Notes: a model not told the origin generated them from the letters alone. Counted from the first letter of the stretch, positions 1 to 14,349 are shown. The stretch is DNA of 64,000 nt from Octopus vulgaris (GCA_951406725.2 OX597821.1:46872001-46936000); one strand, 5' to 3'. A program made the numbers and translations.

Positions 1-1175
1 TAGGCAGTTCCCATAAGCACTATTTTTTTAATTTCTGCCATTTTGGAGTTTCCTGGTATCTGAGCTAGGTAGCAATCGGTCCCTTTTCCTATCATTCCTG
101 GGGCATCTATGACAACAGGTATTGTTTTAGTCTTCAGATTCCACATTTTGCTCATTTCTATTTCTTTATACTTGCTCAGTTTTTGGTAGGACTTCACAGA
201 TACGTTTATATCGATTGGTACAGTCATATCAATAAGGAGGCGTGAATTTTGTCTAAAGTCTTTCAATATGATGTCTGGCCTATTTGTACTTATCTTTCTG
301 TCAGTTTGAATGGTGAAGTTCGAGAGGAGGGAGATGTGATCATTTTCAAGCACTGGAGGTGTTCCTACCAGTTTTTATCATGGGGCAGGTCCAGGTTTTT
401 GCAAATTACCCAGTGAATATATTGTGCAGCTCTATCATACCTGTAGGCGCAAGAAAACTGCACATGGAGATGATCAATGGTCTCATTTTGTTATTGACAT
501 ACACGACATATTGGGGAGCTGCCGCTCTTTAATATGTTGGACCGGTAGTTTCTTGTAGGTAGGCATTGTTCTTGGGCAGCTATGATAAACCCTTCTGTTT
601 CTGATTTTAAGCCAGAAGTCATTATCCATTGATGGGTAAGGGCTTTGTCAGCATCGGCCTTATTCGCTCTCTTTGGATATTTGCCATTGGTAGGTTTTTC
701 TTGCCATTTATCGGTCAGAATATCTAAGGTAGCAATTTCAGCACGGGTTTTCATGCGCTTTCTGTGCTTGTTTCTAGTAGCCTAATTCTGGAATTTGTTG
801 TATTCCGAATTCACTTAGATATTCCTTTGGCTGTTTTGTAACTGAGTAGGATGCTTTCTTGTTTTCATGTTTTGAGACAAGTTTTAACATCCAGTCCTCA
901 AAGTTTTCCAGGTAGGTATCTAGGCCAATTGTGGCTATCTTCATTGTTAATGCCAGTTGTAAAAGTCCACAGCCTCCTTCTTTTCTTGGCAGATTTGCCT
1001 TAGGGTGGTGCATTCTATGCATTGTCAGCAGTTTTCGTATTTTTCTGTCAAGATTACATATTTCAGTAATTGACCAGTTAATGGTATTGAAACTATAAGT
1101 CACGACTGGTATGGCTAAAGCATTTATTACTTCGATTCTGTTTCTTGCATTCAGCTCTGTCTTCAGTATTGCTCT
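1..1175 (-). mobile_element. Decayed RLE-type non-LTR retrotransposon (R4/Dong/NeSL-like): post-RT region, Cys-His knuckle and RLE endonuclease; 3' end runs off the window
   Basis: Minus-strand translation gives RAILKTELNARNRIEVINALAIPVVTYSFNTINW, LPRKEGGCGL, SETEGFIIAAQEQCLPTRNY, CRVCQ..NETIDHL, NRPDIILKD..LLIDMTVPID..K (PD-(D/E)xK type) and KKIVLMGTA. Frameshifts and stops are present. Confidence 0.88.
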
Positions 1176-1799
1176 CAGCCTGCGATAACATTCTCTTCAT
1201 CACTGTATGTTTGATTCCGTCCCCTCAAAATAAGGGTAGACGAACATCGCAAAGCTGTGAGACGAGGAGATATTGATAAATTGGGTATAGCTGATCGTGT
1301 ATGGAAAATGAAGACCATCTTCCCCTGTGTGATGAAGTTAAAATAATAGACAGAGAACACCACTGGAAAATACGAAAACTAAAAGAAGCAGCACATATGC
1401 TACGACACAACAACCTCCTAAGAAGACCGAGTGTAGATATGAACAGCATTTGGGAACCGGTATTAGGGAAGGATAGAAAAATATTAAATTTATAAGCCCT
1501 AAAATTCACTCCATAATTGCCCACGCATATGGCGTAGTGGTTAAGAGCGCGGGATACTAACCCCAAGATTCCGAGTTCGATTCCAAGCACTGACCTAAAT
1601 AATAATAATAATAATAATAACAACAACAACAAAAAATACCTTAGGAATGAGAACCCAGGTTCGGAACTTCCCCAAGACACATGGAGGGTATATCAGCCGA
1701 AACGTTGTGTTAACAACAAACAAGATGAGGACAAATATCCGTCGAATGTAAATAATGTAAATAATGTACGTAATTCCTCATCTCTTAAATATAGAACTG
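1176..1799 (+). mobile_element. Penelope-like element 3' fragment: GIY-YIG endonuclease C-terminus plus pseudo-LTR-like tail
   Basis: RPLKIRVDEHRKAVRRGDIDKLGIADRVWK / EDHLPLCDEVKIIDREHHWKIRKLKEAAHML (1218-1495) matches the R..EH / E..W..R..KE pattern of PLE GIY-YIG domains. It is followed by a tRNA-like head, (AAT)n and a hammerhead remnant. Confidence 0.75.
1526..1597 (+). promoter_or_regulatory. tRNA-derived Pol III A/B-box segment inside the PLE tail (not a functional tRNA)
   Basis: A box tggcgtagtgg and B box gagttcgattc are present; the acceptor stem does not pair. Confidence 0.6.
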
Positions 1800-2250
1800 C
1801 ATAAGATTCACGTTTACATCCTTTTTGCTCATCAGGGAATATTCTACTTTCTATTAAAAATATTATAAGTATATTCAGTCAGGATAGATGTTAGCATTTT
1901 ATACATTGTTGTTAAGCAGGTTATGGGTCGATCATTTTTTGGTTCCTTTGATTCTGCATTTTTTGAAATGAGGAATGTTAACCCATTAACTAACCAAGAG
2001 CGGACCATACTTGGATGTTGCAAAATATCGTTGTAAAGTTGTGTAAGTAGTTCATGGCTCTCTGGGAAGGAGGTCAACCAGAAGTTACGAATTTTATCCT
2101 TTCCTGGAGACTTCCATTTGCTTGACCTTCTGAGAGCAGATCTTATATCCTCTACCTTGACACCCTCCTACTTTTGATCCTCTAAGGAGTCTAAGTCTGA
2201 AGATATTCTATCAATCCAAGGGGCCTTTTCATTGTGTGTTTTTTCTTCTG
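1800..2250 (-). mobile_element. Upstream part of the same RLE retrotransposon (RT N-terminal motifs)
   Basis: SPGKDKIRNFWL, EPKNDRPITCLTTMYKMLTSIL and IFPDEQKGCKRESY are RT motif 0/1/2-like blocks typical of R4-clade RTs. Confidence 0.85.
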
Positions 2251-2419
2251 CCCAAAACAAACAATTTTCTTACGATTTCTTAAACATTCTCTAGAACAAC
2301 ACTATGTACAAAACCAAATATATGGCGACCCTAGGCATAACACCAACATGAACTTCTAACTTGTCTCTTGAGGTCTCTTGGAGTCAACTTGTACAAATGC
2401 AAAGCAAAAGTCAAATATA

Positions 2420-2420
2420 A

Positions 2421-2494
<74 letters not shown>

Positions 2495-2517
2495 TAATAA
2501 TTATTATTATTATTATA

Positions 2518-2556
<39 letters not shown>
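2420..2556. repeat. (AAT)n switching to (ATT)n, an inverted trinucleotide array
   Basis: Seen directly. Confidence 0.95.
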
Positions 2557-2702
2557 TTCTACTCGAGGCACAAGGCCTTGAAAATTTTGGGGGAAACGAG
2601 GTGGGTGGGCTAGACGATTATATCGACACCAGTACGTAACTGGTATCTATTTCATCGATCCCAGTGCGTAACTAGTATCTATTTCATCGACCCCGAAAGG
2701 AT
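2553..2702 (-). mobile_element. SINE family B, 3' part with an internal ~31-bp duplication
   Basis: ggcacaaggccttgaaaattttggggg...cgaccccgaaagg matches the copy at 57191; ccagt(a/g)cgtaact(g/a)gtatctatttcatcga occurs twice. Confidence 0.75.
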
Positions 2703-3209
2703 AGTTTATGCAAAGAATGCGAAGAAATGGGTGAAAGAAGTTATACAGTATATACGCATAGATGAATTAAATTTCATAAATTACAAAAATCTACACGGAA
2801 TCTAAAGTAGTGCGATAAAACACCGTCCTGCGTTATATCTACGCAATGGATTGCCTAATTTGCTATTAGGCTCTGAAGCTAGCTTAATGCATGACCATTT
2901 TATATGTATCTAATCTCTGCCACTGACTGGCGAAGGAAGCCGGGTATATTTCTGTGAAGAGTAGTCAACAAATCAGGAAAATCCTCCCCTCATTCCCCGC
3001 ACATCAATAGCATATAAAAATGCTTAGATTCGTATTTAACTCACAGTATGCCCTTTTAGTATTTAAATTTATCTCAGTTCTTCTAATTTTCGTTGTATTG
3101 TACACAAATGACTGTTGTTTACATGCACACACACTCACACATATATGTAGGTGTACATACGGGTAAAATCCTACAGTTCCACTTTACTGTATGTCCCTTT
3201 TAAGATATT

Positions 3210-3305
3210 GACTACCCGACGCTATAATTGATAACACTTGCCCAAGCTGAGACGCAGTGCGATAGAACTCGGAATCATAAGGTTATAAAACGAAATTATT
3301 AACAC
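3210..3305 (-). mobile_element. SINE family A, old 5' fragment
   Basis: cacttgcccaag...cgcagtg is the reverse complement of the family A core. Confidence 0.5.
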
Positions 3306-5162
3306 AACAATTTTGCAGTTATAAATAAGTTCTAACCTACTCATTTGAATTAATATTCTAGAATGAGGAAATTAAAACTAAAAATAAATTGTAAACTACA
3401 GAATATACTCATGAAATCCTGAATTTTACACCTATATAAGGAATTTGCCTTGAAGAGCAAACCGCTACCGTTTGAGGACTAACTATTTATCAGGTTAGTA
3501 ATAACTTATTACATACTCAACACTAATAGGTATTTTACAATATATTCTAAATTCGTGTAGCCTAATGGGTATATATCTCTTATGGCATATCTATTACAGT
3601 CTACGTAATAAGTTCCTAAGTTTCTCAGCAAATTCTTAAAAATAGAGTTTCCATTTTCACAACCTATCAGATCAGTTGGAAAGAAAAAAATTCTTTTATA
3701 GCAAACTTATTTTAAAATCAGCTCCCGAAATAACAAAATTATTTGACACCGTTAAAATGTCACTATATGCAGTTGAATCTCCTGTTTTACTTCTTCTTTT
3801 ATTTTCTTTCTTACCCCCGCTTTTTTTTTCTCTGAAAAAACAAATTCAGCCATTTTTATCGTTGGTGGTAGCATCATTTTCTGTTGTCTATTTACATTTC
3901 GTCAGTTCACTGGTTTTCGACTGGGAGAGAACACATTTAACATCAATTGAATACTATGCATGATCGAGCATGTATAGCAATGGGATTCATATACTCTCTG
4001 TTTGTTAGGGAAGAAGCTACAGAAAAGCTAGCCAGGTTGTGAGAAGGAGAAATGTGCACTCAATTTCATGCATTAATATAGTTACCGTGGTAAAGATAAT
4101 GCTTAGGAAAACCTCACCAGAAGAAAATATCAATTTAGCTATCATGCTAACGCATTCCGGATACTCTAGGCTCATAATTTTATTTATTAGGTGCCTTCAC
4201 ACACTATTTATTATCGTCTTAAATAACATCATCATAATAGATTGCTATGGTGGTGTTATCTTGTATGTTATCTTATATGGACTGATATTATACCAAATGC
4301 CACATTATAGTATAATGCAGAATGGCACAATATGTTCTAAGAGAGCATCAAATGACAGATATGATTTAGCAGGGTAACCAATGACATTATGCTATCATGT
4401 ACCATGGCGCCTACTAGACAGAATGGTATGATTTACTGTTGTAATGTGTAATCTACACAGTTGTAAGAAACGAAGCGAACAGTATCACATTGCTATAACG
4501 ACAACTATACATTAAATACGCCGATCACAGACCGACATCTGAAGTTGCTAGTAAAAATAATTATCGATTTACTGATTTCCAAGTTTGATTTGGTTTTAGA
4601 AACGTATTTTGGCTTCTAGGAAATTAAATTTCTGATAAACAGATGATTTAAATGTGATAACAGACTCTCTAACTAGTCAATGAATTGTCATGTACTAACA
4701 AAATGCCTTTGAAGTGAAAAAATTAAAATATATTAATTTCTTTGAAGTGATAAGAGCCATTTTGAAAATATCTAAAAGACTACGATGTTCAAATATTATG
4801 CCTTAGAGTCTATAGAAACAAATGAAAATAAAAGAGAATACAAAAGCATGGTATTTGAATATGTAACCGACATTTAAAATTTTCTATTTATTTACGTTTG
4901 CCAGAAGCATTTGTTCTTCACCTAAACTGGCGTGAAGGTAGTTTTAACTCATTAATCAAACGTCATATAATTTAACATCTCATTTACAAGAAATCCAGTT
5001 GCTGTTTTAAGTCTCTTCATACTAAATAGCTAGTCACTTACGAAAACGTGTAGTTTAAGGAAGGAAATTATTATATATCTGTCAATGACTCACTTTCTCT
5101 CTCTCCTTCTCTCTAGATATATGAATGTATGTGTGTTCATGTATGTATGTATATATATATAT

Positions 5163-5208
<46 letters not shown>

Positions 5209-5274
5209 GCATATATATACATATATATATATGCACATATATATGCATATATGTGTATATGTGTATATATATAT

Positions 5275-5323
<49 letters not shown>

Positions 5324-5663
5324 TATATATATATATACATATTTAGGCTCTCTCCTACTGGTAGCTTATAGTTCTGTCGTTGTTGCTCAATAATTTATGT
5401 ATCACCTTACAAACAACTTCATTAGGAAATATATAATGTTTCTTAGAAGACGCTTAATCAACTCCATTACTCGCTACTCTCAGTATACAAAGCTATTCTA
5501 TTTGCTTCTGCACTCTATGGTATTCTTCGTACTCCTTTCTTCCGTCACTAAATCCTCAATATGATCTCAGGAACAGGGTGACTAAAACAATTCTGAGTTA
5601 AAGTTGCCTGAAAGACAATTGATGTCGGAAGGTCACTTTCGCATTATTTGGGTATTTCCTTTG

Positions 5664-5759
<96 letters not shown>

Positions 5760-7444
5760 GCACACACATAAATAAACACCACTAAACTAACATAAACATC
5801 ACTTACACGCATTTGAATACACAATTGGGCCCAAAATTCTCATTAGATATGATGGAGTTAACTTATTCTTTCGACACAAGTTTTTGAACATTGCTCAGGC
5901 TGCATGCAAATACTATCGTACTCATTAATAATATGAACCCAAACCGTGAGTAGGTGTCATATTGTGGCACCGCTTCTAAACTATTTTACAAAAGCTGAAA
6001 AGTAAAACATTTACACTTTTGCCTTATACTTCAATACTTCGGCTTTGCAAAATCTTAAGTGGAGATTGAGTTCAGCTTTGATCGGTACAGATGTGTGAGG
6101 ATGGGCTGTGGGTATGATTGTAGCATGTGCAGATTAGTAATGTTCTGTTAGCCAATATTTCTTTCGTGTTGACTTTTAACGAATATAGCCTCCTTAAAGA
6201 TCAAGTTTTCAATGGCTGTAAGGCCGAGATGGTGACTATGATATTCTATCCCACTGTCGTCAAAACAAATACACAAGAAACCCTTAATTTTATGTGGGTA
6301 GAAAGTCTTTCAGTAGCAAAATTTAGTTGTGTACCATGGAGTTCTGAGTTCAAATTTCACTAGGATCACTTTTGTTTTTTTATTTCCCAACGATCATACC
6401 TCTTTCCCTACACGTTTGTGACCTTTTATCAACTTCATAAATAGCAACATCATTACCATCAGTATCATAAACATCACCAGCTCACCTCTTCATCAGATCA
6501 AGAACATCACCATCCTTCTAATGATCACCATTATCGTCATCATCATTTCCATCATAAATCTTATAAAGAACAATATCATCCTCTTCACAATCACAAACAT
6601 CAGCATCATCTCCTCATTATAGACATCTTCGTCATCACCATCACTATCATTGTTATAAACAACACCAATATTGTTGTTATTGTAGTTGTTACCTTTAACA
6701 CTTGTTATTGTTTGTACCTCTGTAATATGTGAATATTAAATGTTTCTTCAATATCGTTCTGCACATTGTTGGTTTTGAGATATCTTATTAAGGGAGAAAG
6801 ATAAAAAAAAAGAGAGCGAGAGAAAGAGGGAGGTCAGAGATAGAGACAAAAGGATTTATTATCATCATCATCATCATCACCATGATCATTATGATTGCCT
6901 CAGCCTAGTGGTGTTGAGAGGGAGGACGCATAGCCGTTTTATTGATCACGTAATAAACAAAAGACATTGAATGTGTTATTATGAAGGATGCAAGAGAGCA
7001 GCAGCAATAATAATGATAATAATAATAATAATAATAATAACAACAACAACTATAAAAGGAAACATCAGAAAATGTATGTAAGAGAAAGGAAGCTATGTGG
7101 GAGTGAATGAGAGAGAAGGGAAGTTCATGCAGCACAAGAATGATTTATGCCTGAGAAGGAGGGGGTGTGAGTTGATAGATATAAACAGCAGCAGGGTGAA
7201 ACAAGATGATAATGAGGAAGAGGAGGAGAGGTGAATATCGGTGGTGGTTCTGGTGTGGTGGTGGTGGTGGTGGTGGGTGATGTGTTGCATCTTTATTTGC
7301 TGCTTACAAGAGCGAAAAAAAATAAAAAAGCACGGGAAAACAAAAGAACAAAGAAATATGGGTGTGAGTTGCGTTTTACAAAATTGTGTATAAAATATAA
7401 ATATAAATATTCATGGTAAACATATGGAAATAATTGAATCCCCA

Positions 7445-8335
<891 letters not shown>

Positions 8336-9149
8336 CAATGAGGGTGTTTCTCCACGGCTATGCAACCTGCTAAAAACAACACCTAAATTCCCTGAAATTA
8401 CGGCTACAGCAAGTACACATTGTATGCTGTAGTCGTAAGTATGCATTAAAAAGGATTGTAAGATAGTAAAAACTGGACAAAGATAATATATTAATTCTAC
8501 TTTTCGGAGTTTAAACGGCAAAAGGAAGAAGAATATTATGTTTTAAAGCTTTACAAATCCTCTATTTTATCGAACTCTGAGAAATGAAACTCAAATGGAC
8601 GTTGGGTGAGATTTGAAATTAGAACATTAAATGATGTGTTGACCGCTAGGCATTTTCTCCGACACTCTACGGATTCTGCCACTCACTTCTTAATAAAACA
8701 CACTTATTAGAATGATACCAAATAAATATTACTTAACTGGGCATGAAGCCTTGAAAGAGTAAAATTAATATTTTCTTCTTGTCTAGGAGAATGAATTAAA
8801 ATAACGCCCGTAGCGAGATGCGAACTTGCAATTTCTAAGCCAAAATTTGTGGATGTTATTTCTACTCAACCTAATGGGTAACGGTGTTAAAATAGGCATG
8901 AAGCCTTAGATGACGAATGACAAGAAGTTAGTGGAAATTGACTGAGTTTAGCGTGAAAAAGGGAATGGCATGTTTTGAGAGATGTGAAGAAAAGATGATA
9001 TAATAGTTTTTATAGAAGTAATGTATGAGGAATTCCTGCAGGACAATGTATACAGGAGGATAGAAGCCGGATAATTCATAGAGGATAGACCAATGTACAC
9101 ACTGATAGAACAGAAACAAAATCCAATAAATCAGTTAAAAATACAGACG

Positions 9150-9750
9150 CAAATAATGAACTGCAGACTGTTCATGTGCATCTGGTTTAATTTAATGGAA
9201 TTGGAAGAGGAAATAGCAGCAGATTAAAATCAAAGTTTGAAAAAAAAGCATGAAATAGCAGCAGATTCTTCTTGACTAGATTGAAAATAACATTAAAATC
9301 CACACTTTTTTTTCTTTCAGAGCTTGTGAGTAATACCATCACAGATTTGGAGGTACATGAAAATTACGCAACTTAATTTCTGTCCATGAAAGGGAATAGG
9401 CACTTGATATAACAACTATAAATTCAATAGCAAACAGTGATAAATACAGAGTGTTCAAAGGCTTGAAATAGTAAATAAACGCGAAACAATTGGAAGAGGG
9501 TAACTATGAGAGCGTTAAAAAAATGGAACGAGAAGAGGTGATACAGAATTAGAACCATTTTTCGAATTGAACAGAACAAGTTTTTAAAACCGGACTATGA
9601 AAAACCTTCATCTGCGTCAGAAACGTAGAGGAATAACCATCAACGACAGATCTGTTGAAATCATCACTTCTTGAAAGTAATATGTAGGTAGCGGGCAAAT
9701 CATATAATATTTGGAACCTAAAAATAAATCAGTATTAGAAATAAAGAGAG
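9150..9750 (+). mobile_element. Highly decayed CR1/L2-like LINE RT C-terminal remnant
   Basis: Weak broken QLERV..RALK / YE..L..R.R-like pattern around 9487-9640. Confidence 0.3.
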
Positions 9751-9916
9751 CACCTATTGAGTTGATGATAAAACTTATAAAATAAGTTTAATATTTCAAA
9801 GCAATTATTACCAAACTGTGAATGAGAAATATACATAGGTTACAGAGGATATACAAATATACACTGAATTAGCACTACGGAGAGAGAAATGGCATTATTT
9901 AAAGATGTAGGTATGT

Positions 9917-9971
<55 letters not shown>

Positions 9972-10076
9972 CGTGTGTGTGTGTGTGTGTGTATGTGTGT
10001 GTGTGTGTGTGTGTTTGTGTGTGCGTGTGCGTGTGTATGTATATATATATATATATGGAGAGAGAGAGAGCGAGAA

Positions 10077-10262
10077 AAATCGCTAGCCACTACACATTCT
10101 TTATTTTCTCTCCTTGTTTCCTTCTATGTTCCTTTCTGTGGAAGAGCGTAGGCTCGAAACGTTAAGACTTTTTCACTTCCCGAGCGTTAAACCAATACAT
10201 CTGTTTGTTGTCTACACCACCTGCCTTCGTCTTTTGTTTTTTGTTTTTTTGTGAATTCTTCC
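10077..10262 (+). mobile_element. ~190-bp repeat H, copy 1, with hammerhead-like motif (probable non-autonomous PLE/retrozyme-like unit)
   Basis: tagccactacac...ctgtggaagagcgtaggctcgaaacgtt...cttcgtcttttgtttt; collinear with the copies at 11314 and 11781. Confidence 0.7.
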
Positions 10263-11313
10263 ATATATATATATGTATGTATATATGTATGCACTTTAAA
10301 CTAAAAGCAGTTAAGGAATTACAGACGAGAATGAAGATGGGTAAGGAAATTAAATAATAGCAGAACTGAATATCTCAGAAACTATTATGACAAGAAATAA
10401 AATTTTTTACGACGTATTGTTTGTTTAAATTGAACTTTGTCTCTAGTAAGCAGTAAAATTATGAAAGTTACAAGTGCTAAGGAAAATAGCTCAAGGAGGC
10501 CAACGGCATTAAGTTCATTTAAGCCAAAAGCTGATGTACGGAATAACATGTGCAATAAACTTTTAATTCCTTAATATTCTCTCTTGGTTGTTGAAAGAAT
10601 CAAAAACTTAGTGTTATCTGTTAGAATGTCTCAAAGAATAAGGGACATAGTTTCAAGAAATACGGATATATGCCTCAAATTGACTTACATAGAAAGGAAT
10701 ATATGATGCTTGGTTGTAGGCAAAGTACAACAATGGACAGCAAATTCATAAATCAAACAAACGAAGTAAAAACACTCTGAAGATATTTAAAATGACAGTT
10801 TTTCGGAAAGCAGCGGTTTCTACTGACCATTGAAATATTCGCAATTATTAGTTCATAAGGTTAAAACTTAAACTTAATTAGTTCAGCAGGTTAACATTAT
10901 TGGAAGACTAGGTTAAAATGAACGAGTAAACTAAAAATGAAACCATTAAACTTGTTAAATAAATGGATCTGACATTCATAACCTGTTAAACGTAGGTTGA
11001 CATTTGACAAAGACAAAACAGCTAACTCGTGTGTCTTTTGATTGTTAAGTCACTATATTGCCAACCTGACAGCGTTGTTACACGCCAGCAAGTGATCTTT
11101 AAATAATAAAGTAGTGATGGTGATAGGTGGGGGGGGGGTTCAATACCGGATAGTTTTCATTGCAAAGAAGTAATTTAAAATAAAATACTATAATAAAAGT
11201 ATAGACAGTAAGAGAACTTGCAGAAGTATTTTCAGAAGGACGGTGGCTTTATATTTGTTGGATATCTCGATTGGCTCAACATATGATAGAGTGTATGTGT
11301 TCATGTATGTTGC

Positions 11314-11436
11314 CATGATAGATCGTTAGCCACTACACACATTTTTTTCTCTCTCCTTTTTTTATCTCCTTGTTTTTTCTGTGTCCCTTTCTGTAGAAGA
11401 GCGTAGGCTCGAAACGTAAAAGACGTTTTCTATTCC
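11314..11436 (+). mobile_element. Repeat H, copy 2 (3'-truncated)
   Basis: catgatagatcgttagccactacac...ctgtagaagagcgtaggctcgaaacgtaaaagac. Confidence 0.7.
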
Positions 11437-11439
11437 GGC

Positions 11440-11512
11440 TCTTTGAATTACAGGAACAACTCATTTTCGCCAGCGGAGTGGAGTGGAGTAAACTGAAATA
11501 AAGTGTCTTTCT
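11440..11512 (-). mobile_element. SINE family D core fragment
   Basis: actcattttcgccagcggagtggagtggag...aataaagtgtc is similar to 16775-16825. Confidence 0.5.
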
Positions 11513-11615
11513 CATGAAAGACTAAATGAGCGTCTGTATTTGTTGAAATACATTATGGACAAAAAAAAATAATAATAATGGGAAACGTTAAGGAAGTTTA
11601 TCCCGCTTCTGTACT

Positions 11616-11657
<42 letters not shown>

Positions 11658-11705
11658 TGATTGATTCTAGTTTCAGCTCATGAGCTGTGGGCATGCTGGG
11701 GCACC

Positions 11706-11780
<75 letters not shown>

Positions 11781-11784
<4 letters not shown>

Positions 11785-11966
11785 AGAGTTTACGAAGAAA
11801 ACAAAAGACGAAGACAGGTAGTGTACAAAACAAACAGATGTATTAGAATAACGCTCAGGAATAGAAAAAGTCTTTTACATTTCGAGCCTACGCTCTTCTA
11901 CAGAAAGGGACACAGAAAAAAACAAGGAGAGGAAAGAATGTGTGTAGTGGCTAATGATCTATCATG
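11781..11966 (-). mobile_element. Repeat H, copy 3, flanked by (TA)n on both sides
   Basis: Reverse complement of copies 1 and 2 (tttcgagcctacgctcttctacagaaaggga). Confidence 0.7.
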
Positions 11967-11991
11967 TATATATATATATATATATATATAT

Positions 11992-12146
<155 letters not shown>

Positions 12147-12736
12147 CATAAATGAACATTGGCTTCGCCACTGAGGAAAGTCGATATTGATGTGCAAGAA
12201 GGAATGGTATGGATGTAGTTTTAATAGAAAGGTGTCGATGATGGAAGACTGGTGAAATGACATTGGTTCAAGCATGGATTAAGTTTAATACGCATTTATT
12301 TGAAAAACAAAATATATGTAGAAATGAACGAATTGAATAGTAAGAAAAATAATAATTTAAGCTATAACATAGACACAGTGGAAAATAAAAGATGCAAAGG
12401 AAATAGAAATATGCAAAGTAAAATATCGTCCATTGTTTGAAATATAGAACTGAAATACGAGAGACATAAAGTGAGAGAGATATTTAGAAAAAAAACAGCA
12501 TCACGAACACACAAAAGACACACGCATATACTGTATATAAATGCAGTTCACATACATACACGCACACACATACATGCACAGTTCAGTTGTATTATTTGCT
12601 CGACTAAGTAACTTCAAGTTTGACAGACGTAAAAAAGGATCTGATTTTAACGTGAAAGAGCAAGGCAAATGCATGAAGATAGCTACGTGTATCAAGAGGG
12701 AGATGAATGTAGACAGTAACTCATTAATTTCCATGG

Positions 12737-12965
12737 AGAGAGAAATATATGTTTAGAGAGAAATATATGTTTAGAGAGAAAGAGACAGAGACAGAGAGAA
12801 ATATATGTTTAGAGAGAAAGAGACAGAGAGAGAAATATATGTTTAGAGAGAAAGAGACAGAGAAAGAAATATATGTTTAGAGAGAAAGAGACAGAGAGAA
12901 ATATATGTTTAAAGAGAAAGAGACAGAGACAGAGAGAAATATATGTTTAGAGAGAAAGAGACAAA
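12737..12965 (+). repeat. Minisatellite built from agagagaaatatatgttt with or without agagagaaagagac blocks
   Basis: The motif gaaatatatgttta recurs about 7 times with variable GA/GAC spacers. Confidence 0.85.
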
Positions 12966-13040
12966 GAGAGAGACAGAGAGAGAGACAGACAGACAGAGAG
13001 CTGGAGCGAGCGCACGTGAAAGAAAGAAAAAGAGAGAACG

Positions 13041-13092
<52 letters not shown>

Positions 13093-13199
13093 TGAAATAT
13101 TTATAAAGCTGAAATTAAATAAAATACATAAAAAGAGAGACAGAGTGAGATAACAGAGACAAACAAATATAAAGAAATTTAGTTGCACAACCATATGTA

Positions 13200-13232
<33 letters not shown>

Positions 13233-14072
13233 ATATTTTGGAAAAATAAAACAATGAAATGTTGATCGATATAAAAGAATTTAAGACATAAGAGAAACAA
13301 GATGTCGGCGATGACGACGGGAACGTCGTTCATGGAGGATATGACGTTGATAAAAAAAAAACAGGAAGTATTTGAAAATCTATCAAAAGAAATGTATATT
13401 ATATTTATGTGATTACAATTTAGAACAAGTAGAATATATAAACAGAATCAAAATGAAATCAAAATAAATAATACAACAACCTCATTAATGGCAAATATAA
13501 TCAATACACACACACACACACACACACACACGCATACACACACACACGAGTGTAAGTGTGTATATATTTGTGCGTAGTATGTGTGTGTATGCGTGTATGT
13601 ATTAAAGTTTAATGGAAGTGGGGGAAACAAATACATGAATATTTTTAAAAAGATTGCGTAAAATAGAAAAAATAAAAGATTCTAAATATATTACACGAAA
13701 TGTGTTGCAGAGAAAATGAATGTAATTTGAAAACGCGCGAGTATTTGCGAACGCGTGCGTGCATGTGTGTGCGTGCGCATGTACATTGTATGTATGTGTG
13801 TGTGCGTGTTTGTGCTTGAGTGAGTGTGTGTGTTTGTGAATGAATGAGTGTGTGTGTGTGTGTACACGACGACGCACGCATTTACAAACCCTATATGTTT
13901 TCATACGTACATAGACACATACACATATAATGAGTGGAAATTGAATTGTATAAAGAATGTATGGAAAGAAACAAAAAGTTTTGCATCATCTAAATATAAA
14001 AGTAAATGGAAATAGAATTTCTGAAGCAATAAATAATATAAAAAAAAGATTATCTGGGTTTTTCAAAGACAC

Positions 14073-14115
14073 AAATAATAATAATGATAATAATAATAAC
14101 AATAATAATAATAAT

Positions 14116-14162
<47 letters not shown>

Positions 14163-14182
14163 TGATGATGATGATGATGATC

Positions 14183-14222
<40 letters not shown>

Positions 14223-14248
14223 GGGTGATGATGATGATGATGATGAGG

Positions 14249-14308
<60 letters not shown>

Positions 14309-14349
14309 GTAATGATAATAATAATGGTGATGATGATGATGATGATGAC

